DNA from: Bdellovibrionales bacterium
GTDB taxonomy: Bacteria; Bdellovibrionota; FAC87; UBA2466
Length of the DNA stretch: 64,000 nt
Assembly: GCA_009692515.1 (NCBI GenBank)
Contig: SHZA01000003.1
Location: forward strand, 11,966-75,965
Direction: 5' to 3'
Of the stretch, positions 9,004 through 18,054 are shown piece by piece (position 1 is the stretch's first letter; each line of letters begins with the position of its first letter). A program made the position numbers and the translations under genes. The notes beneath the pieces are model-generated. The model was not told the DNA's origin. It saw nothing but the letters and a program-made list of their open reading frames with translations, and did not search any database.

Positions 9004-10452
9004 ATGGAAATAAAAGATTACGGAATTCATTGGTTTCGGAGAGATTTAAAAATTTCTGGAAACCTTGCGCTATCAAATAATTTGAGAACGCACGAAGGTA
9101 GAGTATTAGGCCTATTCTGTTTTGATCATCTATTTTTGGGACGACCCGATTTCTCAATTAATCGATTTCAGTTTTTTTTAGAAACCCTATCCGATTTAAA
9201 GGCAGAGTTACAGAAACAGGGTGGAGATCTGCTCGTTTTGGATGTAGGGCCAAAAAGTGCATACGAAAATATATTGGGTCTATTGACAGAGCACCAAATA
9301 CCGCACCCTCATACCGTCTCATGGAATCGTGATTATGAACCGTTTGCCACAAAGCGGGATGCTGAAATGTTGAAATGGTTTCAAGAAAAAGGGGTGAGGG
9401 TAGTCACAGAAAGAGACCATTTACTTATTGAACCGCATGAGATTTTTAAGGGAGATGATCCCAATGCCCATTATCAGGTGTTTACCCCCTTTAAAAGGCG
9501 TTGGATTGAAAAATTTAAAACTGAAGAGATACAAAAACGATTGATAGTACCCCCAGCTATTCGATTTCAATTCAATTGGAGTACTTTATTCAGTGGAAAA
9601 ATTGTTTTAAAGGACCACCTCGAATTGTTTTTAGAAAGCAACAAGAAGAAGGTGACCATTCCAATTCCTCTAGCAGGTGAGTTAGAAGGAAAGAAACTGA
9701 TTGCTTTGTTTCTTCCCAAAGTAAAAGACTATGGGGTAAATCGTGATATTCCCTCGCTCGAGGGAACTAGTCGTTTTTCAATGTTTTATAAAAATGGATC
9801 ACTGACCACATCGCAGGTGATTCGAGAAATGAAATTAAGCCATACCGCGGAATGGAACGAAGGTGAAGAAAAATTTGTTTCTGAATTAATTTGGCGTGAA
9901 TTTTATTATTATATTTTGGAACGATTTCCTCGCGTTGAAAACGAGGCGTTTTTAGAAAAATATAAGAAAATTAAATGGGGCAATAACAAAAAATGGTTTC
10001 AGGCTTGGAAAGATGGACAAACAGGATTTCCAATTGTAGACGCTGGCATGAGACAGCTCAATGAGACGGGGTGGATGCATAACCGTGTCAGGATGATTGT
10101 CGCCTCTTTTCTTACTAAAGATCTTCATGTTGACTGGCGTTGGGGACAAAAATATTTCATGGAGAAATTACTTGATGGAGATTTAGCTCCGAATAATGGA
10201 GGGTGGCAGTGGGCTGCTTCAACGGGGTGTGATCCCCAACCTTACTTTAGAATTTTTAATCCTTATTTGCAGAGTAAGAGATTTGATCCTGAAGGAGTTT
10301 ACTTAAAAAAGTATTTACCTGAATTAAGAGATCTAACGAGCAAATGGATTCATGAACCTCCACAGAATCTCATGACCCATGGATATCCGGCTCCTATTGT
10401 AGATCACTCTATTCAGAGATTAGAGGCGATGGCCCTATATAAAGGAAATTAA
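9004..10452 (+). CDS. phr: Deoxyribodipyrimidine photolyase (cryptochrome/photolyase family)
   Basis: FAD-binding domain signature …WREFYYYI…GWMHNRVRMIVASFLTKDLHVDWRWGQKYFMEKLLDGDLAPNNGGWQW…. Confidence 0.85.
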   Translation: MEIKDYGIHWFRRDLKISGNLALSNNLRTHEGRVLGLFCFDHLFLGRPDFSINRFQFFLETLSDLKAELQKQGGDLLVLDVGPKSAYENILGLLTEHQIPHPHTVSWNRDYEPFATKRDAEMLKWFQEKGVRVVTERDHLLIEPHEIFKGDDPNAHYQVFTPFKRRWIEKFKTEEIQKRLIVPPAIRFQFNWSTLFSGKIVLKDHLELFLESNKKKVTIPIPLAGELEGKKLIALFLPKVKDYGVNRDIPSLEGTSRFSMFYKNGSLTTSQVIREMKLSHTAEWNEGEEKFVSELIWREFYYYILERFPRVENEAFLEKYKKIKWGNNKKWFQAWKDGQTGFPIVDAGMRQLNETGWMHNRVRMIVASFLTKDLHVDWRWGQKYFMEKLLDGDLAPNNGGWQWAASTGCDPQPYFRIFNPYLQSKRFDPEGVYLKKYLPELRDLTSKWIHEPPQNLMTHGYPAPIVDHSIQRLEAMALYKGN

Positions 10453-10483
10453 TTTTATTTTAGTATTGAGTTTTTATCAAAAC

Positions 10484-11368
10484 CTAGCTGGAACTAACTC
10501 CCCACCTACGTAGGCCCCAGCCGACAGAACCACACAGTAGATAAGCTACTACCTGTAGACCATGATGAACCGTAGCCACAGCCAGAGCGGTCTCCAATGG
10601 CATCCCTAATTTGCTCAATGCAAAGGCCATCGAAGCTTCAAACGGGCCAATATTGGCCACTGAAATGGGAATGGCGATGGCTATATTTAGCATGGTTAAT
10701 ACAAAAAAACATTCTGGTAAGGTAAGTGGATAGGTTTGATAAAAACTCAGTTGTTGTAATACTACCGCTTCCGCTATCCAAACCAAAACACCAAAACAGA
10801 GTGATAAGAAGAGTTGTCTGGGAGCGAGTAAAGAGCGAAGTCCATTAAAAAATTGAAAAAGCCACTGGGATAACTTTGCCCATCTTTTTTTTAAGAGAAA
10901 ATACCATAAAAAAGCAGATAGAAAAAAGATAGGCAGAACCCATTTCCATATTTCAAAATGAGAAAAAGTAAAGGTAGCCAGAGATTCTTTGTAGGAACCA
11001 AATGAAAAAATTAAAATCAAAAAACAGAAAAAATCGACCAATTTATCAGCCGCCATAATGCCGGTTAAAGTAAGCATAGTAAAATCGGCTCTAGCGGGTT
11101 TGGGGGAGAGAACAGCTAGTTTGTAAAAGTCACCGGCACGTGCAGGTAAAAATGAATTCATCGTTTGCCCTATCGACATCGCTGCAAAAACATTGCGAAG
11201 CTTAGTCCGATGTGCCATTGGAAATAAAAACCACAAACGGATCGCCATAAAAAGTATTTGAAGGCTATTTAACACCACGACTAAAATGAGGCAGGGCAAT
11301 GAAAACTTAGGAAGTAGCGATAGCACCTTTTCTGCTGCAGACCGTTGATTTTGAAATAACCAAAACAA
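10484..11368 (-). CDS. Polytopic membrane protein, UPF0104/lysyl-PG-synthase-TM-like (flippase-like) family; start uncertain (TTG)
   Basis: Six to eight hydrophobic helices; resembles LPG_synthase_TM-type proteins by eye; weak. Confidence 0.35.
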   Translation of the reverse strand: MFWLFQNQRSAAEKVLSLLPKFSLPCLILVVVLNSLQILFMAIRLWFLFPMAHRTKLRNVFAAMSIGQTMNSFLPARAGDFYKLAVLSPKPARADFTMLTLTGIMAADKLVDFFCFLILIFSFGSYKESLATFTFSHFEIWKWVLPIFFLSAFLWYFLLKKRWAKLSQWLFQFFNGLRSLLAPRQLFLSLCFGVLVWIAEAVVLQQLSFYQTYPLTLPECFFVLTMLNIAIAIPISVANIGPFEASMAFALSKLGMPLETALAVATVHHGLQVVAYLLCGSVGWGLRRWGVSSS

Positions 11369-11506
11369 TCCAATTCCTATGACGAATACACCTGCAAGAA
11401 AACGAAAATAAAATGGTTTTTTAGATTGAATAATAAACTCCAGTCAAGCATCCTACACCTGTTGCTTTGTGTCTGACAAATCAAGAAAAAAACTTGGGGC
11501 AAATTA

Positions 11507-12490
11507 ATGTTTAAGTTTGTAGGATATTTAATGGTTTGTGGCTTCTCTATTGTAGCCTTAGCCGTTCCGGGATTAGAGAAAAGCTGGAAAGCCATTCATC
11601 CCTCTTCTGTTATCAGTTGTAATTCTTGTCACAACTCCATTATGGGGACTCAACCCTCAAATAGTAATGTGAGTTCAGATGGAATGAGAAAATATCAAGA
11701 GATTTTAAAGACTAGAAAAGTGGGGTTACCTCTTTTTAACCAAATTGTTCCATTAGCCAAAATCGATTTTGCAGTGATGGGGGATTCAAGAAGCGATTTA
11801 GAAACCAATCGTGAAATTGTAAATCAAATTTGTAAGGACCAACCAGAAGTTCTGTTTCATACCGGTGATATGGTGGCAAACGGGGATAATATTGAGGAAT
11901 GGAAGGCCGTCATTCCTATTTATAAGTGTTTTCTAGAAAAAAAGAACCTGTATCACGTTTGTGGAAATCACGAAGCGAACCATTGCACGGAAAATGTGGT
12001 TAGAAAAGCTCTTGGAAATAATAGGAGTTTTTATACCCTAGAATATAAAGGATTCACCTTTATTGCTTTAGATTCTAATCAGATTAATGCTGAGCAAATA
12101 CGGTGGCTCGCTAGTCTTCCCATAGGCAAAAATTATATTCCATTCTTTCACCATCCAGCCTATCCGGTGCTTGCGGGTCATATTGGAAGTGTGTCTGTGA
12201 TAAAGAGTTTTGTTCCCCAGTTCAAAAGACTTGGAGTGAAAATAGTTTTTACAGGCCACAATCATGGCTACGATCGGAATGAGAAGGATGGAATTACCTA
12301 TGTGACTGCTGGAGGAGGGGGGGCTCCACTCTATCCTTGTGGATCTCTTTCTGGGGCCAAGCAGGCTTGTGTTTCTGATTATCACTATGTGCGATGTTCT
12401 ATTGAAAAAACTGCAATTACCTGTCAGGCAAAACTAATCGATGGCATGTTCGTGGATTCAGTCACGGTCACATACCCTCCAATTATTTGA
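11507..12490 (+). CDS. Calcineurin-like metallophosphoesterase (purple-acid-phosphatase-like) with N-terminal CxxCH motif
   Basis: Signal peptide; metallophosphatase motifs GDSRSD, GDMVANGD, GNHE, GHNHGYDR; CNSCH motif near N-terminus. Confidence 0.65.
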   Translation: MFKFVGYLMVCGFSIVALAVPGLEKSWKAIHPSSVISCNSCHNSIMGTQPSNSNVSSDGMRKYQEILKTRKVGLPLFNQIVPLAKIDFAVMGDSRSDLETNREIVNQICKDQPEVLFHTGDMVANGDNIEEWKAVIPIYKCFLEKKNLYHVCGNHEANHCTENVVRKALGNNRSFYTLEYKGFTFIALDSNQINAEQIRWLASLPIGKNYIPFFHHPAYPVLAGHIGSVSVIKSFVPQFKRLGVKIVFTGHNHGYDRNEKDGITYVTAGGGGAPLYPCGSLSGAKQACVSDYHYVRCSIEKTAITCQAKLIDGMFVDSVTVTYPPII

Positions 12491-12540
12491 GAGATTTCTA
12501 AAAATGTTGACACCGATTAAAAGCGTGTTAACTCCAAAAC

Positions 12541-13719
12541 ATGTTAGTTATTCAAAAGTATGGTGGAAGTAGTTTAGCGACTCCAAAACACATTCAAAAT
12601 GCGGCCCAACGGATAGCTGACCTTCGTAAGAGTGGAAGCCAAGTTGTGGTGGTAGCTTCGGCTATGGGCCGTATGACAGATCATCTTTTACGGCTTGCAG
12701 AAAAAACGGTAAAGGTTCCACCTCCTAGAGAAATTGACATGTTATTAACCGCTGGAGAGCGAATTTCCATGTCTCTTCTTTCAATGGCACTCCAAGAATT
12801 GGGAGTGGCTGCCATTTCCTTTACAGGATCTCAGAGTGGAATTATTACAACTAATGATCACACCGATGCAAAAATTATTGATATTCGTCCGTATCGAATT
12901 TGCGAAGAGTTGGCTCTTGGAAAGGTAGTGATCATTGGAGGTTTTCAGGGAGTCAGTGAGAAAAAAGAGATTACAACCTTGGGGCGAGGAGGGTCTGATA
13001 CAACAGCGGTGGCCTTAGCTGCCGTTTTACAAGCTGATCGCTGTGAGATTTTAACTGACGTTAATGGACTCTATTCTGCAGATCCTAGATTGGTTCCTGA
13101 AGCAAGAATTTTAACTTCCGTAGATTATGAGTCGGCTTTGGAACTAGCCAGTCTTGGAGCGAAGATGCAGGCTCGCAGCATTGAATTAGCTAAGAAATTT
13201 AATGTGAACATTAGGATTAGCTCAAGCTCGTCACAGACAACAGCGGGAACTCAGATTCCTTTAAGTTTAAAAAAATCGGGTACAGCCATCGAGCAAATTA
13301 AGGTAACTGGAGTTGCCACAAAAGATGGGTTTCATTTTTTTAAAACGCAATCCGAAATGGTAACGTTACTAAAGGCCTTAAAAAATATCCCCGTGCCATT
13401 ACGATTTTTGGCGCACCAAAAAACGGGGGTCTATTTTTTAATTGAAAAGGAGCAGGTAGTTTTAGTTCGTCAGATTTTAACCGAGCAAAACATAAACTTT
13501 GAAGAAACTCAAAATGCAGCAATCGTTTCTGTCTTAGGGGAGAGCTTAACTCATTCAATTGAGTTCTTTACTAGTGTCTTTTCTCAAATTGAAATGGAGA
13601 AAATAGATTTGTTGTTTTCAGCTAGTAATGCAATTTCAGTCACATTTGGGGTCGGAGCCAAACATCAGGAATTACTAGCGAGATTCATTCATAAGACCTT
13701 TATCACCTCAATAGATTAA
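12541..13719 (+). CDS. lysC: Aspartate kinase
   Basis: MLVIQKYGGSSL…VVVVASAMG kinase N-terminus; C-terminal ACT-like region. Confidence 0.85.
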   Translation: MLVIQKYGGSSLATPKHIQNAAQRIADLRKSGSQVVVVASAMGRMTDHLLRLAEKTVKVPPPREIDMLLTAGERISMSLLSMALQELGVAAISFTGSQSGIITTNDHTDAKIIDIRPYRICEELALGKVVIIGGFQGVSEKKEITTLGRGGSDTTAVALAAVLQADRCEILTDVNGLYSADPRLVPEARILTSVDYESALELASLGAKMQARSIELAKKFNVNIRISSSSSQTTAGTQIPLSLKKSGTAIEQIKVTGVATKDGFHFFKTQSEMVTLLKALKNIPVPLRFLAHQKTGVYFLIEKEQVVLVRQILTEQNINFEETQNAAIVSVLGESLTHSIEFFTSVFSQIEMEKIDLLFSASNAISVTFGVGAKHQELLARFIHKTFITSID

Positions 13720-14154
13720 TAAAAATGAAGGCCCGCCTGATTATTAAGTCAGTCGAGCCTTTGCTAAAAATGAGCTAAAGTCCATTTTTACCTAATCGGA
13801 CCTCACCTCGTGAATCGTTAAGTTTGTCATCACACCACCCCCTTTCAGTGGGCATGTAGCCCGAAGTCCTTTTGTGAAAAAGAACCTCTTAGGTTTACTA
13901 TAACAGCTTCGAAAAAAAAGCTCATCTCAGGAAAAAAACAAGGCGCCATAAACTATTGTATTTAATGAGCTAAAGCGATTAAGTAGAGTTTATTAATATC
14001 TTTGTCTGCGCGATAATGCGACGTGCTAAAATAGAACATTAATTGAGGTGTCGGTGCATGGCACCAAGTCATCAAGTTATTAAGGGTTTTTTCCGAAAAA
14101 GCTACTAGGAGGGACTCCTAAAAGTCACTCCGCATTATTTTTTGGGGGAGAGTC

Positions 14155-15039
14155 ATGATTATTGCTTTACTTAGTATTGGAGTCACAGGAGGGACTGCCT
14201 TCTACTTATCATGGAATCTATTCTCCGGGGCTCTAGAGGATGCGGCAGCGGGCCGATTGGAACAGGATCAGAAAACCGCTAGTACTGGATTACTAAAACT
14301 GACCCGCCCTTTATTTAAAGCGTTGGTAATGCCGTATTCTCAAAAACTAAAACTTGAAGATTGGAAAAAGAACAATAAACGCAGAATAGTTTCTGCTGGA
14401 TTAGAAGATGCTTTGGATGTGAATGAGCTTCTGGCCTTTAAAATTTTCATGGGAATTGTAGTTCCAATTTCGATTTATACCTATTTTTTGATTACAGGAA
14501 GCCCAATTCCAATTTGGCTTATGGGTGCCATGATGCTTATTGGTTTTGTATATCCAAGTCTGATGGTCTCAAGTGCTAGAAAAAACAGACACGAAGAAAT
14601 AAAATTACAGTTACCATTTGTTATTGATCTTTTAACTTTATCAACTGAGGCGGGACTAGATTTTATTGGAGCCCTACAGAAGGTGGTTGAAAAAACTCGC
14701 TCTGGTCCACTGGTACAAGAGATTGAAAGAATGCTTCAGGAAATTCGCTTGGGGACTACGAGAGCAGATTCGATGCGAGCCATGTCATGGCGAATTGATC
14801 TTCAAGAAACCTCTTCATTAATTGCGGTATTAGTCACAGCAGACCAAATGGGTGCTAGCTTAGGTGATGTTCTTAGAGTGCAATCGGACTTAATTCGAAC
14901 TCAACGATTTACCAGTGCAGAAAAAAAAGGAGCAGCGGCCACACAGAAACTCCTTTTCCCACTCATCTTTTTTATTATGCCTGCGGTGTTCATTATGATA
15001 TTTGGGCCGGTAATTTTAGGATTTTTTGGAGCTAAATAA
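14155..15039 (+). CDS. tadC: Tad/Flp pilus assembly protein TadC-like (type II secretion system F domain)
   Basis: T2SS-F domain signature …QLPFVIDLLTLSTEAGLDFIGALQKV…; three TM segments; RBS GGGGGAGAG upstream. Confidence 0.7.
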   Translation: MIIALLSIGVTGGTAFYLSWNLFSGALEDAAAGRLEQDQKTASTGLLKLTRPLFKALVMPYSQKLKLEDWKKNNKRRIVSAGLEDALDVNELLAFKIFMGIVVPISIYTYFLITGSPIPIWLMGAMMLIGFVYPSLMVSSARKNRHEEIKLQLPFVIDLLTLSTEAGLDFIGALQKVVEKTRSGPLVQEIERMLQEIRLGTTRADSMRAMSWRIDLQETSSLIAVLVTADQMGASLGDVLRVQSDLIRTQRFTSAEKKGAAATQKLLFPLIFFIMPAVFIMIFGPVILGFFGAK

Positions 15040-15392
15040 TGCATGGAAGTATATTGAAAAAAGGGGATCAAATTCTTGTGACAAAGGTGAGAATTGCTAA
15101 AACTTTTTTTGAAAGATTCTCAGGCTTGATGGGAAAAAAAGAAATAACTATTGAAGATGTTTTAATTTTTCCAAAATGCAACTCAGTCCACACTTTTTTC
15201 ATGCGAACAAGCATTGATGTGATTTTCGTATCAGCTCAAGGAGTCGTGACTCAGGTTTTTAGTAATCTTAACCCATGGAGACTATTGTTGCCTCAGAAAA
15301 AAGCTGCACATTGTATCGAGATGCCGTGTGAACTGGCCAGTAAACTGAGAATCTCTATTGGTGATTCCTTAAGTTGTGAAGGAGTTTTTTAG
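15039..15392 (+). CDS. DUF192 (COG1430) domain protein
   Basis: …ARTFFERFSGLMGKKEI…LIFPKCNSVHTFFMRTSIDVIFVS… DUF192 pattern; 1-nt TAATG overlap with tadC. Confidence 0.55.
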   Translation: MHGSILKKGDQILVTKVRIAKTFFERFSGLMGKKEITIEDVLIFPKCNSVHTFFMRTSIDVIFVSAQGVVTQVFSNLNPWRLLLPQKKAAHCIEMPCELASKLRISIGDSLSCEGVF

Positions 15393-17039
15393 TTGAAGTT
15401 TGAAATATCATATAACGGTAAAGTAGTGATCTCAAAAGATCTGCCCGATGGCTCTTATAAAATAGGAAGAGCCCAGGATTGCAGTATTGTTTTGAATTCA
15501 AATAAGGTTTCTAAATATCATGCCCTTCTTATCGTAAAAGGAAATCGGGCTGCGATTTTAGATACAGACTCTTCTAACGGAGTTTTTGTAAATGGAATTC
15601 TGATTAAGAAACAACTTTTAAATACATCCGATAAAATTGAAATGGGTGAACACACCTTTTCAATGGAATCTGGAGCTACTCCACGCAGGAAGATAGAATT
15701 ATTTTCCACAGATGGGTCTGCAGCATTTGCAGCAAAACCTGGCGAAACCCCAGAAAGCTCACCAGATTACTTATTGAATTCTTCATTTGAAGTAGCTCCC
15801 GAAATACCGGTGAACAAACTGGAACAACTTATGAATTTAGTGGATGGTAAAATATTATTTCCATTTTTTGAGTTGGTAAAAGTAATGGATTATCGTTTTT
15901 TAATGGCCATGATCTTAGTAACCACTATTGGGATCTCAGCCTTCTTTAGTGCCATTCCTGTTCTTAGTTGGGGGAGAAATATTACAAAACAGGAATCCTT
16001 AAAGAGAGGCCAAGCCATCCTTAAACAGGTAGTCCGCGAGAACTATAGAATTCTTAGTAAGACCAATGACACCTCATTATTAACTGTGGCTGCAGCTGAA
16101 AGTGATAAGGACATGTTAGAGGTTTATATCCTAGACGCAAAGACTAAGAGTGTACTAGCGCCCACTAAATACCTTGGTAAATCTATTAATGACCCTTATA
16201 TGTTGTTAGCCTTGGGCGATTTAATAGATGATGGAAAATTAGATGCCACCAAAGACAGAGGAAATGGAACCTTTGTTATTGCTCAAAGTATTCCCTATTA
16301 CGGTTCTAAAGACAGTGCTTTATTTTCCGCTGAAAATCCTGAGGACCCTGGGACTCCAACTACTATTGTAATGGCCTACTTTAAGATTCCACAAAGTATT
16401 AATGGCATTTATGAACCCCTTGCCGTTGCCGGATTAGTATCCTTTCTCCTAGCCCTGGTTTCTTTTTTCCTTTTACATAAAATGATTAGCCAGCCCATTA
16501 AAGAGTTACATGACCAGTTAGATGCCGCTCTTAAGGGTGAAAATATTCAGATGGTCTGCAATGCGAAATTTCCAGAACTTGAAGCATTAACTACGGTAAT
16601 TAATTTCTCAGTTACTAAAATGAAAAGTGTGAGTGGGGGCATGGCAGCTGTTCCTGCGGGAATTCCTGGTGGCATCGATGCCGACAATGAGGAGATGATC
16701 TATTTAAAATCTGTCGAAGAGTTCTGTCTAGGATCAACTGATGGCATTTTGGTTTTGGATAGTAGTAAAAAGGTAAAATATGTGGGCCCTATTTTAGGGG
16801 ATTTACTGGGACTCAGACCACAATATGCTCTAGGGCAAAATATAGGAGATGCGTGTCGAGATGGGTCATTCTCAGGCACTGTAATCGACATGTGCGAGCG
16901 GGTAGTTTCTTCTATAGGAGAAACACAGACCGCCTCATTAGATATTAATGGCGTGCCAAGAAATCTCACAGCAGTGAGCCATCGTTTATCAAACGGTGAA
17001 ATTTCCTTTATACTTATTACGGTGAAAATGAATGCCTAA
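15393..17039 (+). CDS. FHA-domain membrane protein with periplasmic domain and HAMP-like segment (TTG start)
   Basis: N-terminal FHA (YKIGRAQDCSIVLNSNKVSKYHALLIVKGNRAAILDTDSSNGVFVNG); two TM helices flanking a ~150-aa periplasmic region; HAMP-like amphipathic segment after TM2; no recognisable output domain. Confidence 0.6.
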   Translation: MKFEISYNGKVVISKDLPDGSYKIGRAQDCSIVLNSNKVSKYHALLIVKGNRAAILDTDSSNGVFVNGILIKKQLLNTSDKIEMGEHTFSMESGATPRRKIELFSTDGSAAFAAKPGETPESSPDYLLNSSFEVAPEIPVNKLEQLMNLVDGKILFPFFELVKVMDYRFLMAMILVTTIGISAFFSAIPVLSWGRNITKQESLKRGQAILKQVVRENYRILSKTNDTSLLTVAAAESDKDMLEVYILDAKTKSVLAPTKYLGKSINDPYMLLALGDLIDDGKLDATKDRGNGTFVIAQSIPYYGSKDSALFSAENPEDPGTPTTIVMAYFKIPQSINGIYEPLAVAGLVSFLLALVSFFLLHKMISQPIKELHDQLDAALKGENIQMVCNAKFPELEALTTVINFSVTKMKSVSGGMAAVPAGIPGGIDADNEEMIYLKSVEEFCLGSTDGILVLDSSKKVKYVGPILGDLLGLRPQYALGQNIGDACRDGSFSGTVIDMCERVVSSIGETQTASLDINGVPRNLTAVSHRLSNGEISFILITVKMNA

Positions 17040-18054
17040 TCCTTTAGACATAAGAGCCACTTCAGACGCCGCTCCCTTATTGGAGCAGATAGCAGGCGCC
17101 GGCAGAGGACGTGTCTTTGAATTAACGATCGATAAGGTAAGTCTTGGGCGAGAAGATAGTAATGATATTATAATTAGTGATGAGTCGGTATCCAGGGTCC
17201 ACGCGAAAATAGAACGAAATTCTCAGGGTACTTTTTTTATCTCTGATAACAATAGTAAAAATGGTGTGATTGTAAATGGTCTAAAGACTGAACATGTTTC
17301 TTTGAACCACGCTGATATTATTCAACTCGGGCATTTTGTGTTTAGATTCCGCATTCCAGGACAGAGTTCTTCTCAAATCAAAATACCTATCGGGGGCCAT
17401 TTAGACTTAGTGATGGAAAATTCTACTGGGTTGAAGCCTGAAGGAAATCGAAAACGGCTTTATCTGTGGTTGGGACTAATAGCTTTTATTGCAATTGCAA
17501 TAATTATTAATAATCAGGACTCGAGTCCCCCTGCAGAGATAGATACGCTTGAAAATTCACAGCAGGAAAAATTCAAGCCATCACCTATTCCTAACCTGGA
17601 GACAGAATCTGCAATTGGCATCATTGGTTTAGAGGATCCTTTAGCGGAAACAGAAAATGATTTGAAGAAAAAGGAAGGCACGGAAAACTCCTTGAAGGAG
17701 GCAGAAATTTCTTTTCGAAAAGGGCAGAGGGATTACTTTAACAAAAACTATCATCACGCAATTGACAATTTCGAAGCAGCCCTTTCAATTTCTAATCGCC
17801 ACCCTTTGGCCGGCTATTATAAGGGGCTTGCTATTCATGATTCAGAGGTTGAGGCAGAAAAAAATAGGGACATGGGTTTGAAGTATTATAATTCTTTGCA
17901 ATATAGTCGAGCCATCTATCATTTTAAAAATGCCATTGAGTTTCTTGCTCATACTACCGCAGATAATAAAACGGCAAATAAAATAATTCAAGAGTGTGAA
18001 AGGTATATTGGTTTCTCGAATCGTAAACAGCAAGCAGCAGAGGTGGTCCCATGA
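17032..18054 (+). CDS. FHA-domain membrane protein with C-terminal TPR-like region
   Basis: FHA (LGREDSNDIIISDESVSRVHAKIERNSQGTFFISDNNSKNGVIVNG); one TM; 8-bp overlap with upstream gene. Confidence 0.6.
   Translation: MPNPLDIRATSDAAPLLEQIAGAGRGRVFELTIDKVSLGREDSNDIIISDESVSRVHAKIERNSQGTFFISDNNSKNGVIVNGLKTEHVSLNHADIIQLGHFVFRFRIPGQSSSQIKIPIGGHLDLVMENSTGLKPEGNRKRLYLWLGLIAFIAIAIIINNQDSSPPAEIDTLENSQQEKFKPSPIPNLETESAIGIIGLEDPLAETENDLKKKEGTENSLKEAEISFRKGQRDYFNKNYHHAIDNFEAALSISNRHPLAGYYKGLAIHDSEVEAEKNRDMGLKYYNSLQYSRAIYHFKNAIEFLAHTTADNKTANKIIQECERYIGFSNRKQQAAEVVP

Noticed and set aside
11377-11595. 72-aa minus-strand ORF between the UPF0104-like membrane gene and the metallophosphoesterase
   Set aside because: It overlaps the 5' end and signal-peptide region of the plus-strand phosphoesterase gene. 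It has no RBS or motif and is probably spurious, though a frameshifted N-terminus of the membrane protein cannot be fully excluded.
14061-14111. 16-codon ORF (MAPSHQVIKGFFRKSY) upstream of tadC, considered as a candidate Flp pilin
   Set aside because: It is too short and lacks the Flp leader/G-x-x-x-x-E-Y motif and hydrophobic stretch. No pilin-like small ORF was found in the 435-bp lysC-tadC gap on either strand by eye.
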